Program-made: the position numbers and the translations under genes
From: Candidatus Latescibacterota bacterium
GTDB lineage: Bacteria > Latescibacterota > UBA2968
NCBI GenBank assembly: GCA_965205975.1
Contig: OZ242195.1
Location: 3,360,001-3,424,000 of the forward strand
Direction of reading: 5' to 3'
Length of the DNA: 64,000 bases
The notes under the pieces: generated by a model
Databases searched by the model: none
The model's input: the letters and a program-made list of their open reading frames with translations, nothing else
Told to the model about the DNA's origin: nothing
In this document: one piece after another, positions 56,019 through 64,000 of the stretch
Layout: each line of letters begins with the position of its first letter
How positions within the stretch are numbered: position 1 is the first letter of the stretch

Positions 56019-57911
56019 ATGGCCGAAATAGACATCGAAGAAACGGCCGAATCGACACTTTTCGAACTGTCCGAAATCGAATCCATTGCCATTCGCTTTG
56101 CAGGTGATTCCGGTGATGGCAGCCAACTCATAGGCAAAGAATTTGCCAACACCTCGGCAATCGTCGGCAATGACATCAGCACCCTGCCGGACTTTCCCGC
56201 TGAAATCCGCGCGCCCGCCGGCACATTGCCCGGCGTTAGCGGGTTTCAAATCCACATATCCAGCGAAGACATATACACGCCCGGCGACGAGCCACAAGTC
56301 CTCGTGGCGATGAACCCGGCAGCACTCAAAGCCAATGTCAACGACCTTCCAGGCGGCGGCATCATCATTGCCAATACAGACAACTTTACGCGCAACAACC
56401 TGCGCAAAGCCGGATACGACAGCGATCCCCTCGAAGGCAATGGCCTCTCCAATTATCGCGTAGTCAAAGTACCCCTCACCACGCTGCACAAAGAAGCTGT
56501 CGCACACGTTGAGGGCCTGACCAATCGCCAGATTGACATGATGAAAAACTTCTTCGCACTGGGCCTGTCCTACTGGATCTTCGACCGCCCGATAGAACCG
56601 ACCATTCGCATGCTCGAAAAGAAATTTCAGGGCAAAGACGAAATCATCGACGGCAATGTGAGCACCCTGAAAGCCGGCTACAACTTTGGTGAAACAGTCG
56701 AAGAATTTCAGGTTCAATACCAGGTCAAGAAAGCCGTCGTCGCACCGGGCACTTATCGCGCTGTCACGGGTACACAAGCCACGGCAATAGGCATGGTCAC
56801 CGCGGCTCACAAAGCGGGCAAAACCCTCTTTTACGGCAGCTATCCCATCACGCCAGCCAGCGCAGTACTCGAAGAATTGGCCGCATTGAAAAACTTTGAC
56901 GTGCGAACCTTTCAAGCAGAAGATGAAATTTCCGCACTGGGCTCGGTCATCGGCGCTGCTTTTGGGGGTGCGTTTGCCGCCACAGGCACCAGTGGTCCCG
57001 GCATCGCACTAAAAAGCGAAGCCATGAACCTCGCCCTGATGATGGAATTGCCCCTCGTTATCTGCAACTTTCAGCGCGGCGGTCCCAGCACCGGCATGCC
57101 CACCAAAACAGAACAATCTGATCTGCTCCAATGCATGTTTGGTCGCAATGGCGACAGCCCCATACCCATTGTCTCACCGGCCACGCCATCAGACTGCTTT
57201 GACATGGTCATCGAAGCGTTCCGAATCGCCGTAGAAACCATGAGCCCGGTCATTTTCCTCTCCGATGGATACCTCAACACCAGCGCTGAACCGTGGAAAA
57301 TTCCCGATCCGGATGATATTCCGACCATTTCAGTCGAACACAGAACCGATCCCGAGGGCTTCTTGCCCTATCTCCGAGATCCAAAAACTCTATCTCGCCC
57401 CTGGGTATTGCCGGGCACGCCGGGCCTTGAACACAGACTGGGTGGACTGGGCAAAGAAGACGGGACGGGCAACGTATCCTACGACCCGGATGACAATCAG
57501 CACATGGCGAACATACGCGCCGAACGTTTGGCGCGCATCGCCGACCGCATTCCACTCCAGCACGTCATGGGGCCCAAATCGGGCGATTTGCTCGTCCTGG
57601 GCTGGGGATGTACTTATGGTGCAATCCGCTCGGGAGTGCGCCGAATGCGACAGCAGGGCTATTCGGTAGCCGCGGCGCACCTGCGCTACCTCAACCCATT
57701 CCCCAAAAATCTGGGCGCGATACTATCGAGTTACAAAACCATACTCGTACCCGAACTCAACATGGGACAATTGTCTTTGCTGCTTCAGGCCAGATATCCC
57801 ACACAGGTCATCGTTCCCTTCAATAAAGTTCAGGGATTGCCCTTCAAAATTACAGAAATCGCCGACAAAATTGACGAAATACTGGGTGCTCCAAAGAGCG
57901 CATCGTTATAG
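56019..57911 (+). CDS. korA: 2-oxoacid:ferredoxin oxidoreductase alpha subunit
   Basis: RFAGDSGDG, PAEIRAP, YPITPAS, QAEDE, TSGPG, QRGGPSTGMPTK, ELNMGQL. Confidence 0.92.
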   Translation: MAEIDIEETAESTLFELSEIESIAIRFAGDSGDGSQLIGKEFANTSAIVGNDISTLPDFPAEIRAPAGTLPGVSGFQIHISSEDIYTPGDEPQVLVAMNPAALKANVNDLPGGGIIIANTDNFTRNNLRKAGYDSDPLEGNGLSNYRVVKVPLTTLHKEAVAHVEGLTNRQIDMMKNFFALGLSYWIFDRPIEPTIRMLEKKFQGKDEIIDGNVSTLKAGYNFGETVEEFQVQYQVKKAVVAPGTYRAVTGTQATAIGMVTAAHKAGKTLFYGSYPITPASAVLEELAALKNFDVRTFQAEDEISALGSVIGAAFGGAFAATGTSGPGIALKSEAMNLALMMELPLVICNFQRGGPSTGMPTKTEQSDLLQCMFGRNGDSPIPIVSPATPSDCFDMVIEAFRIAVETMSPVIFLSDGYLNTSAEPWKIPDPDDIPTISVEHRTDPEGFLPYLRDPKTLSRPWVLPGTPGLEHRLGGLGKEDGTGNVSYDPDDNQHMANIRAERLARIADRIPLQHVMGPKSGDLLVLGWGCTYGAIRSGVRRMRQQGYSVAAAHLRYLNPFPKNLGAILSSYKTILVPELNMGQLSLLLQARYPTQVIVPFNKVQGLPFKITEIADKIDEILGAPKSASL

Positions 57912-57923
57912 AGGAATCCAAAC

Positions 57924-59465
57924 ATGGCAGACGCTATTGAAACACTGACGCGAAAAGACTTCGTATCCGACCAGGAAGTGCGCTGGTGCCCCGGTTGTGG
58001 TGATTACGCCATCCTTGCACAGATGCAGCGCGTGTTGCCCGAAATGGGCATTGCGCGGGAAGATATGGTCTTTATATCGGGCATTGGTTGCTCCAGCCGC
58101 TTCCCCTATTACATGAACACGTACGGTCTGCACACCATTCACGGTCGTGCGGCAACCGTGGCGACTGGCCTCAAAGTAGCCAATCCCGACCTGCACGTGT
58201 GGGTAATCACCGGCGATGGCGACAGCCTATCCATAGGCGGCAATCACCTGTTGCATGTGCTGCGTCGCAACGTCAATCTCAACATCATACTCTTCAACAA
58301 TGCGATCTACGGCCTCACCAAAGGACAATATTCACCCACATCGCCGCCGGGCACGCGCACCTATTCGTCGCCCATGGGCTCTGTGGAACAGGACTTCAAT
58401 GCCATATCCGTAGCCCTGGCAGCCGAAGCCACCTTTGTCGCCCGCAGTGTTGACCGCAACACCAAGCATATGGCCGAGATCCTCAAACGCGCCACCGAAC
58501 ATCGCGGCACGTCCTTTGTCGAAATTTACCAGAACTGCAATATTTACAACGACGGTGCCTGGTCTTTTGCTACCGAGGCGGATGTCAAAGACGATCAGAC
58601 CGTCATTCTGGAACACGGCCAACCCATTATTTTTGGCAAAGATCGCGACAAAGGCATCCGTATCAACGGGCTTGCGCCCGAAGTCGTAACCCTGGGCAAT
58701 GGCGTATCGGAAAGCGACCTGCTCGCACACGACGAAACCCTGGACAATCCAGCCCATGCGTATTTACTCAGCCGCCTCACGCATCCGGACTATCCAGTGC
58801 CACTCGGCGTATTTCGCTGTGTAGAACGCCCAATTTACGAAGAGCAAATCATCACACAGGGCCGCCAGGCGGTTGAAGAGCGCGGTGCAGGCGACCTCAA
58901 TGCACTGTATAATGCGACAGACACCTGGATTGTTCCCGAAGGTCCCGACGCCGAAACCGTACAAGAAGTCCACGAAGAATTGCCCACATCGAATATCATT
59001 CCCGATATCGAACAAGAAGACCCCATGGCACCGCGCACCGCGCTTCAGCAACTGCTCTACGACCCCATCTCATCCCTCGACCTGCCAGCACCCGAATGCG
59101 TATCCGCCGAGACCTCGGTCGCCGATGCCGTCGAGACCATGCGCAGCAAAAATATGGGATGTTTGCTGGTCGTTGACAAACAGGGCTTATTGCGCGGCAT
59201 ATTCGCACAGGGCGATCTCTTTGAAAAAGTTGCCGGGCGCGATATAGACCTGACAAAAATAACGGTCGATAGCCTGATGACCAAAGACCCCACCGCATTG
59301 AAAACATCTGATCCCATCGGTCACCTCCTGCACCTGATGTCTCTGCACGGCTTCCGCCACATACCCATTGTAGATCCCGATGGGCGTCCCGTGGGCCTGG
59401 CATCCTTCAAAGTCATGCTCAAGTTCACCGGCGGCCTCTTCTCAGACGACATATCGCCCAACTAA
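57924..59465 (+). CDS. korB: 2-oxoacid:ferredoxin oxidoreductase beta subunit fused to a C-terminal CBS pair
   Basis: WCPGCGD, GIGCSS, GDGD..SIGGNH, YGLTKGQ; acidic linker; CBS motifs GCLLVVD..GIF and FRHIPIVD. Confidence 0.9.
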   Translation: MADAIETLTRKDFVSDQEVRWCPGCGDYAILAQMQRVLPEMGIAREDMVFISGIGCSSRFPYYMNTYGLHTIHGRAATVATGLKVANPDLHVWVITGDGDSLSIGGNHLLHVLRRNVNLNIILFNNAIYGLTKGQYSPTSPPGTRTYSSPMGSVEQDFNAISVALAAEATFVARSVDRNTKHMAEILKRATEHRGTSFVEIYQNCNIYNDGAWSFATEADVKDDQTVILEHGQPIIFGKDRDKGIRINGLAPEVVTLGNGVSESDLLAHDETLDNPAHAYLLSRLTHPDYPVPLGVFRCVERPIYEEQIITQGRQAVEERGAGDLNALYNATDTWIVPEGPDAETVQEVHEELPTSNIIPDIEQEDPMAPRTALQQLLYDPISSLDLPAPECVSAETSVADAVETMRSKNMGCLLVVDKQGLLRGIFAQGDLFEKVAGRDIDLTKITVDSLMTKDPTALKTSDPIGHLLHLMSLHGFRHIPIVDPDGRPVGLASFKVMLKFTGGLFSDDISPN

Positions 59466-59486
59466 CGCGCGTCAACACCACAGCGC

Positions 59487-59523
59487 AAAAAGAGTCCGCA
59501 AGCACCTCGCGGACTCTTTTTTC
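59487..59523 (+). terminator. Intrinsic terminator
   Basis: AGAGTCCGC/GCGGACTCT followed by a T-run. Confidence 0.75.
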
Positions 59524-59534
59524 TTGGAGGAAAA

Positions 59535-60509
59535 ATGAACGACATCCGCATTGGTATCATCGGCTCAGGCGGTATGGCGAGTCGCCATGCCCAGAGCTTT
59601 TCCCGAACAGACGGCTTTGAACTCATTGCCATTGCTGCGCAAAACATAGAAACTGGGCCAGCACTTGCCAACAAGCACGCCGTAGATTACTTGCCGACCT
59701 ATCGGGATATACTCAAACGCGACGACATCGACGCCATCGCAATATGCACCTACAACGACACCCACAGTGAAATCGCCCTTGCCGCGCTCGATGCAAACAA
59801 ACACGTTTTTACCGAATATCCCTCGGCGCGCAATATCGATGAAGCGAGGCAACTGCTTTCCAGAATCGACCACTCATCTCGCGTCCTCCGCGTGGGCCAC
59901 AACGAAGGACTCTCGCCATCTCACCGGGCACTCAAACGACAAACAGCCCAAACGGGAAATCTCATAACCGCACTATTCACCCGCCTCACCCCGGGCCGAG
60001 GTCAACGCCCTGAAATCCTCTTTAATATTTCCATATCGGGTCCACCAGCCCTCTTTTTTGTCTATAACATCTATCCAATCGTCGATTGTTTTGGTCCCGC
60101 CACCTGGGTTGAAGCCGCTGCCCACTATGAAAATCTGCGCGATGACAGCACCTACGATAGCTTTGCAAATTCCGTCACAGTCGGTTTTGAAAACGGCGGT
60201 ATTGGACAGTGGAACTGGACCGGTGGCATTGAAATTTCCCATGCCGAAGAATACCGTCACATCGTCATGACAGGCGGCACACTCATCAACAGAGGCGATG
60301 GCTGGCACCTCTCGACAAAATCGGGCGAACGCGATCTGCCCGCAGCCGAACCATCGGACATCACAATCCAAACCCAATTCCTCAACGACATCCACAGTGG
60401 CAACTGGCAAACCGACGCCCGCACGGCCCTCAACGCCGCGCTGATCGGTCTCGCAGCCGAACGATCAATGCAAGAAAATCGCCGCGTGACCCTCTCAGAA
60501 CTTCTGTAA
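59535..60509 (+). CDS. Gfo/Idh/MocA family oxidoreductase (EYP variant, biliverdin-reductase-like)
   Basis: IGIIGSGGMA, DIDAIAIC, KHVFTEYP. Confidence 0.82.
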   Translation: MNDIRIGIIGSGGMASRHAQSFSRTDGFELIAIAAQNIETGPALANKHAVDYLPTYRDILKRDDIDAIAICTYNDTHSEIALAALDANKHVFTEYPSARNIDEARQLLSRIDHSSRVLRVGHNEGLSPSHRALKRQTAQTGNLITALFTRLTPGRGQRPEILFNISISGPPALFFVYNIYPIVDCFGPATWVEAAAHYENLRDDSTYDSFANSVTVGFENGGIGQWNWTGGIEISHAEEYRHIVMTGGTLINRGDGWHLSTKSGERDLPAAEPSDITIQTQFLNDIHSGNWQTDARTALNAALIGLAAERSMQENRRVTLSELL

Positions 60510-60594
60510 AAGCACAAAATATGCGTGACAGTTTGATTTGCTTTGAGTATCATGAAGGTCAAAATATCTTCTCCCACAACTTTGAGAAAAAACA

Positions 60595-61458
60595 ATGACC
60601 CAAACCATTTCCTTACGCGACCTCGACTTCCAGTCCAAAAACATCGACATACAACGTGCAGCCGAGGCATTCAAAGCGCATGGCGCGATAGTCGTGCGGG
60701 AATTGCTCCGCGAATACATCGACGCGCTTAACCGCGACATCGAAGCCACAGCCACGCAATCTCTCGCCCTCCTCGATCAAGCCACCGCAATACCCGAAGG
60801 ATGGCGCACGCCCAACAACACCCTCTTCATACCCGCGCCTGAAAATTACGAACGCGACCGACAAATCATGGTCCTGGGCATCAACTACAACACCAGCGCC
60901 ACCTTCTTTCGCTCGGCATTTCACCCGCCCACCCTCGACATCGTCGAAGCCATCCTCGGCCCCAACATCGAACTCTACGGCAACGGTCAATGCCTCTACA
61001 AAGAACCCGTCGGAGGTCATCCCAAACACCTGCACCAGGACTCGGCCTATTTTGAACACCGGTACGAAGGCCCCGTAGGCATCCTCACCTATGTCGTACC
61101 CACCGACCTCAACAACGGCGCCCTCCACGTCGTCCCCGGCTCTCACAAACTGGGGCAACTCGACCACATCGACACCTTCTCGCACCTGGGGCTCTCAGAC
61201 CGCGAATGGCCCTGGGAGCGCGCCCTCCCAATACCCGGTCAACCCGGCGACGCCATCTTCTTCCACGTCAAAACTGTCCACGGCTCCAAACAGAACCACT
61301 CGGACAAACCCCGCCCCGTCTTCATACACCGCTACCGCAGAGCCGATGACTACGTCGTCATACGCGGCACCACCACAAAAAACCGCGCAGAATCGTCAAA
61401 GCGTCCGATAGAAGAAAAAAAAGAGAATGGATTCATGGTACGCGGCTTTCGGCCATAA
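60595..61458 (+). CDS. Phytanoyl-CoA dioxygenase (PhyH) family Fe/2OG enzyme
   Basis: LHQD, NGALHVVPGSHK, PGDAIFFH..TVHGS..N.S..PR. Confidence 0.9.
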   Translation: MTQTISLRDLDFQSKNIDIQRAAEAFKAHGAIVVRELLREYIDALNRDIEATATQSLALLDQATAIPEGWRTPNNTLFIPAPENYERDRQIMVLGINYNTSATFFRSAFHPPTLDIVEAILGPNIELYGNGQCLYKEPVGGHPKHLHQDSAYFEHRYEGPVGILTYVVPTDLNNGALHVVPGSHKLGQLDHIDTFSHLGLSDREWPWERALPIPGQPGDAIFFHVKTVHGSKQNHSDKPRPVFIHRYRRADDYVVIRGTTTKNRAESSKRPIEEKKENGFMVRGFRP

Positions 61459-61489
61459 TAAAAAAGCGCGGGACATAATCCCACGCTTT
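61459..61489 (-). terminator. Terminator between convergent genes
   Basis: On the - strand: AAAGCGTGGGA-TTATG-TCCCGCGCTTT (one G-U pair) followed by Ts. Confidence 0.65.
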
Positions 61490-61511
61490 AATTTTCACCA
61501 TCTGAACTTCT

Positions 61512-62243
61512 CTAAACCTGCGCCTCCACCATCACCTCAACAGCTGCCAGATGCGCTGCAACGCGCACATCCATCGGCTGCGCTGTCGGGCTTTCTGACG
61601 TCACCAGATGCCCCGTATGCCCTCTCTGATACAAAGCAATGGGAATACCCTCTCCATATTTCCGCCTCGACACCTCCATATTGGGATGAATCACCCCATT
61701 GACCGCAACCTCACTCTCGATCTCGGCATTCTTATTAATCGGACACACCTGTGCCACCCGCGCCACCATCTCCCGTCCCAGGGATTCTCGGACCCCAAAC
61801 ATCTCGTACAAATAAAACCCCGAACTCTCCCAATCCTCGTGCAAATCGATCACACCCGCAAAAACCCGTCCCTCCACAAACCCCTTCAAAATCTCAATCT
61901 CGGGCACATCATCGCGCAAAAACGCCCAATTCACATCCACCTCCTGTGCATTGAGCCGCGCATTGTGAACATAGCTCCACGGGCACAAACACGGAATAAC
62001 TTCAAAACGCACCCCATCCCCCCAGCGTTCCCACCCCCCCTCCAAAAAAGCCAGCGCAGCCTCCACACCAGCCGGTTCATCGCCGTGCGTACCCCCATTT
62101 ATATAAACAACAGGCGCGTCTCCCTTGCCAGCAGACACGCGCAACACCGGCAAACCTTCAACCTCCCCCAACTCATACACATCAACACCAGACACCGCTT
62201 CCACGCGCTTGACAACAGCATCGTAATCCCGTTGAACCATCAC
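61512..62243 (-). CDS. M14 family metallocarboxypeptidase (succinylglutamate desuccinylase/aspartoacylase-like)
   Basis: GTHGDEPAG, R.N...DVN, IDLHED, TSESP. Confidence 0.85.
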   Translation of the reverse strand: MMVQRDYDAVVKRVEAVSGVDVYELGEVEGLPVLRVSAGKGDAPVVYINGGTHGDEPAGVEAALAFLEGGWERWGDGVRFEVIPCLCPWSYVHNARLNAQEVDVNWAFLRDDVPEIEILKGFVEGRVFAGVIDLHEDWESSGFYLYEMFGVRESLGREMVARVAQVCPINKNAEIESEVAVNGVIHPNMEVSRRKYGEGIPIALYQRGHTGHLVTSESPTAQPMDVRVAAHLAAVEVMVEAQV

Positions 62244-63199
62244 ATATCCCGAAGCGCGTCGATCACCCGCGCGTGAATCTCGCGGGCACTCACCACCACC
62301 CCGCGATTGTCCTCCATCTGCGCCGCAGACGCAAAATCCAGCGGCCTGCCAAACATATCGCTCACCTGTCCACCCGCTTCCTCAACAATCAGGGCACCCG
62401 CAGCGTGATCCCAGATATTCTCGCGATAACCCGGAGATTCTGGCGACGGCAGCCTCAAATACAACGCCGCATCGCCGCGAGCCACCGCACCGTATTTCAC
62501 CTGACTATCCATCCTGAGCGACGGCGAAACAATCCCAACCGCACGAGCCACCGCTTGCTGTGCATCGAAATCACAGTGTGACGACTCCACGCTCTCGGCA
62601 AACCGCCACGCAGGCCCATCAATCCGAACATCGGCAACATCGCCCTCCTCAAGAGACATCGCCCGCGTACCCTCTCCCCTAACAGCCACAAATAACACCC
62701 CACAATCGCTGTCCGCCCGATCCATATCCACCGGCAGAGCCGGACACGCCAGCGCGGCAACCTTCACCTCACCGCAATCGACGAGCGCCAACGCCACCGC
62801 GTATTGATCCCCGCGCAAAAAGCCCTTTGTCCCATCAATGGGATCGAGTGTCCAAAAACGCTTTGCAACATCCCCATTACCCGCATCAATCCAGTCGCAA
62901 ATTGTATCCTCATCCGCCTGTGCATACACCCGAACAAACTCACACACAGTCTTCCGCATCGCAGATTGCTCCGCATCCCGAAGCACCGACGCATCTTCTT
63001 CCCCTACAATCGGATCCCCGGGAAAAACCGACTTTAACCGCCGGCACACAAGCGCCTGCGAGCCAAAATCCGCAACCGTCACTGGACTGCGATCCTCCTT
63101 CTCCATCGTCCCAACAAGTGATTTCCGCACATCCACACAAAGCCGAGCCGCCTCGCGCACAGCCTCAACAGCGACCTCGCGCTCTCGATCATATCCCAT
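62240..63199 (-). CDS. 3'(2'),5'-bisphosphate nucleotidase, HAL2/SAL-like
   Basis: KEDRSPVTVADFGSQ, GEED, WTLDPIDGTKGFLRGDQYAVALAL, ESVESSH, MDSQVKY, ENIWDHAAG. Confidence 0.9.
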   Translation of the reverse strand: MGYDREREVAVEAVREAARLCVDVRKSLVGTMEKEDRSPVTVADFGSQALVCRRLKSVFPGDPIVGEEDASVLRDAEQSAMRKTVCEFVRVYAQADEDTICDWIDAGNGDVAKRFWTLDPIDGTKGFLRGDQYAVALALVDCGEVKVAALACPALPVDMDRADSDCGVLFVAVRGEGTRAMSLEEGDVADVRIDGPAWRFAESVESSHCDFDAQQAVARAVGIVSPSLRMDSQVKYGAVARGDAALYLRLPSPESPGYRENIWDHAAGALIVEEAGGQVSDMFGRPLDFASAAQMEDNRGVVVSAREIHARVIDALRDM

Positions 63200-63207
63200 A
63201 AACACCC

Positions 63208-64000
63208 CTATTTCTTATTCGCACCAAAATGATCCATCTCGCCGCGATCAATCCAACCCGGCAACCTGATCTTCTCCGACATCTTCCACGCCGTTAAATA
63301 AAGCGAAACCGTAAAACGCGCAGCCCTCTTTGCATGCTTCTCTGCAAAAGCGCGCACCGCAGGCTCATTTTTCCAATCTATATCCTTTGGAATGAGATAC
63401 TGCTCCATTGCCAGCGCGGCCTCAACCTCACCAAAACTCTCGTGCATCTGCGCCACAATACCCACCATCAAACTATCCACAGGCGCGGCAGTCAACCCCT
63501 CGGCAATATCTTCGGGTCTCAGATCCAAATTTTGAAGCAACCCATCAATCTTTTCGTGAATACGCGTCATCGACGACTTGCCATCCACAACGCGACCATT
63601 CCAGTGAATCGTCAAATTCAGAGGCTGACAAACCTCCTGAGCAAAATGAGCCACATACCCGGCGTATATCAAACACTTACTCTGAACAAACGGACTCTCG
63701 GGCCACTTGCGAAACTCGGCAAAAGCCAGAGCGAGTTGCTCGGTATATTCCGCTGTTACGTACGGCAACAAACCCACCTGCTCTGGCTTCTTCCCCAACT
63801 CTGCACATAGCCTGCCAAACTCGTACCGAGACACGGGCAAATCCCCTGCCTCAAACAACTCCATATTAAAATAATGAACCGGATGACCAGCCTTCTCCAG
63901 ATGAAGCGTACCGCGATTCTTTGCAACATCCGGATCAACAGCCGCATGAGCCACCATACCCGCGCCAGCCCTGAGAAAAGCGGGCGCGTCTGGCGGGAGT
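63208..64000 (-). CDS. S1/P1 nuclease / zinc-dependent phospholipase C-like protein (5' end outside the window)
   Basis: The frame stays open to the window edge (LPPDAPAFLR...). Motifs DPD, HYFNME, GLLPY, AHFAQEVCQPLNLT, IHEKID. Confidence 0.6.
   Translation of the reverse strand, partial: LPPDAPAFLRAGAGMVAHAAVDPDVAKNRGTLHLEKAGHPVHYFNMELFEAGDLPVSRYEFGRLCAELGKKPEQVGLLPYVTAEYTEQLALAFAEFRKWPESPFVQSKCLIYAGYVAHFAQEVCQPLNLTIHWNGRVVDGKSSMTRIHEKIDGLLQNLDLRPEDIAEGLTAAPVDSLMVGIVAQMHESFGEVEAALAMEQYLIPKDIDWKNEPAVRAFAEKHAKRAARFTVSLYLTAWKMSEKIRLPGWIDRGEMDHFGANKK

Overview
Bacterial chromosomal window with no rRNA, tRNA, CRISPR array or transposase that I can recognise. The gene content (four Cys-type sulfatases, Gfo/Idh/MocA and PhyH enzymes, a Sel1-repeat protein, a DFxDFL dockerin-like tail) resembles Latescibacterota/Poribacteria-like heterotrophs; this is inference only. 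The main blocks in order are: (1) a ceramidase-like fragment, pdxA-like gene and a stand-alone PolX N-terminal paralogue; (2) an orphan molybdenum hydroxylase large subunit 17 bp upstream of an 11-subunit complex I operon (nuoABCDHIJKLMN, no nuoEFG); (3) an iota-type carbonic anhydrase; (4) ftsY-iscS-apbC/mrp and a rhodanese-MoeB whose conserved Cys codon is an in-frame UGA followed by a SECIS-like hairpin, so probably a selenoprotein; (5) catabolic genes, an NYN nuclease with a DUF433 remnant, and a deleted YtrA/ABC module; (6) the Hen1-Pnkp RNA repair pair; (7) an AT-rich accessory patch (40.7-44.3 kb) of small coiled-coil membrane proteins with duplicated promoters and two candidate small RNAs; (8) gdh, a one-Cys DksA, PolX-PHP and a sulfatase/lyase cluster; (9) CBS-korA-korB with a CBS pair fused to KorB, then PhyH, an M14 peptidase, a HAL2-type nucleotidase and a partial S1/P1-like gene. 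Intergenic DNA carries several dispersed repeat families and a ~200-nt multi-stem element at 31.1-31.3 kb. All family calls come from motif recognition by eye; no database search was run.
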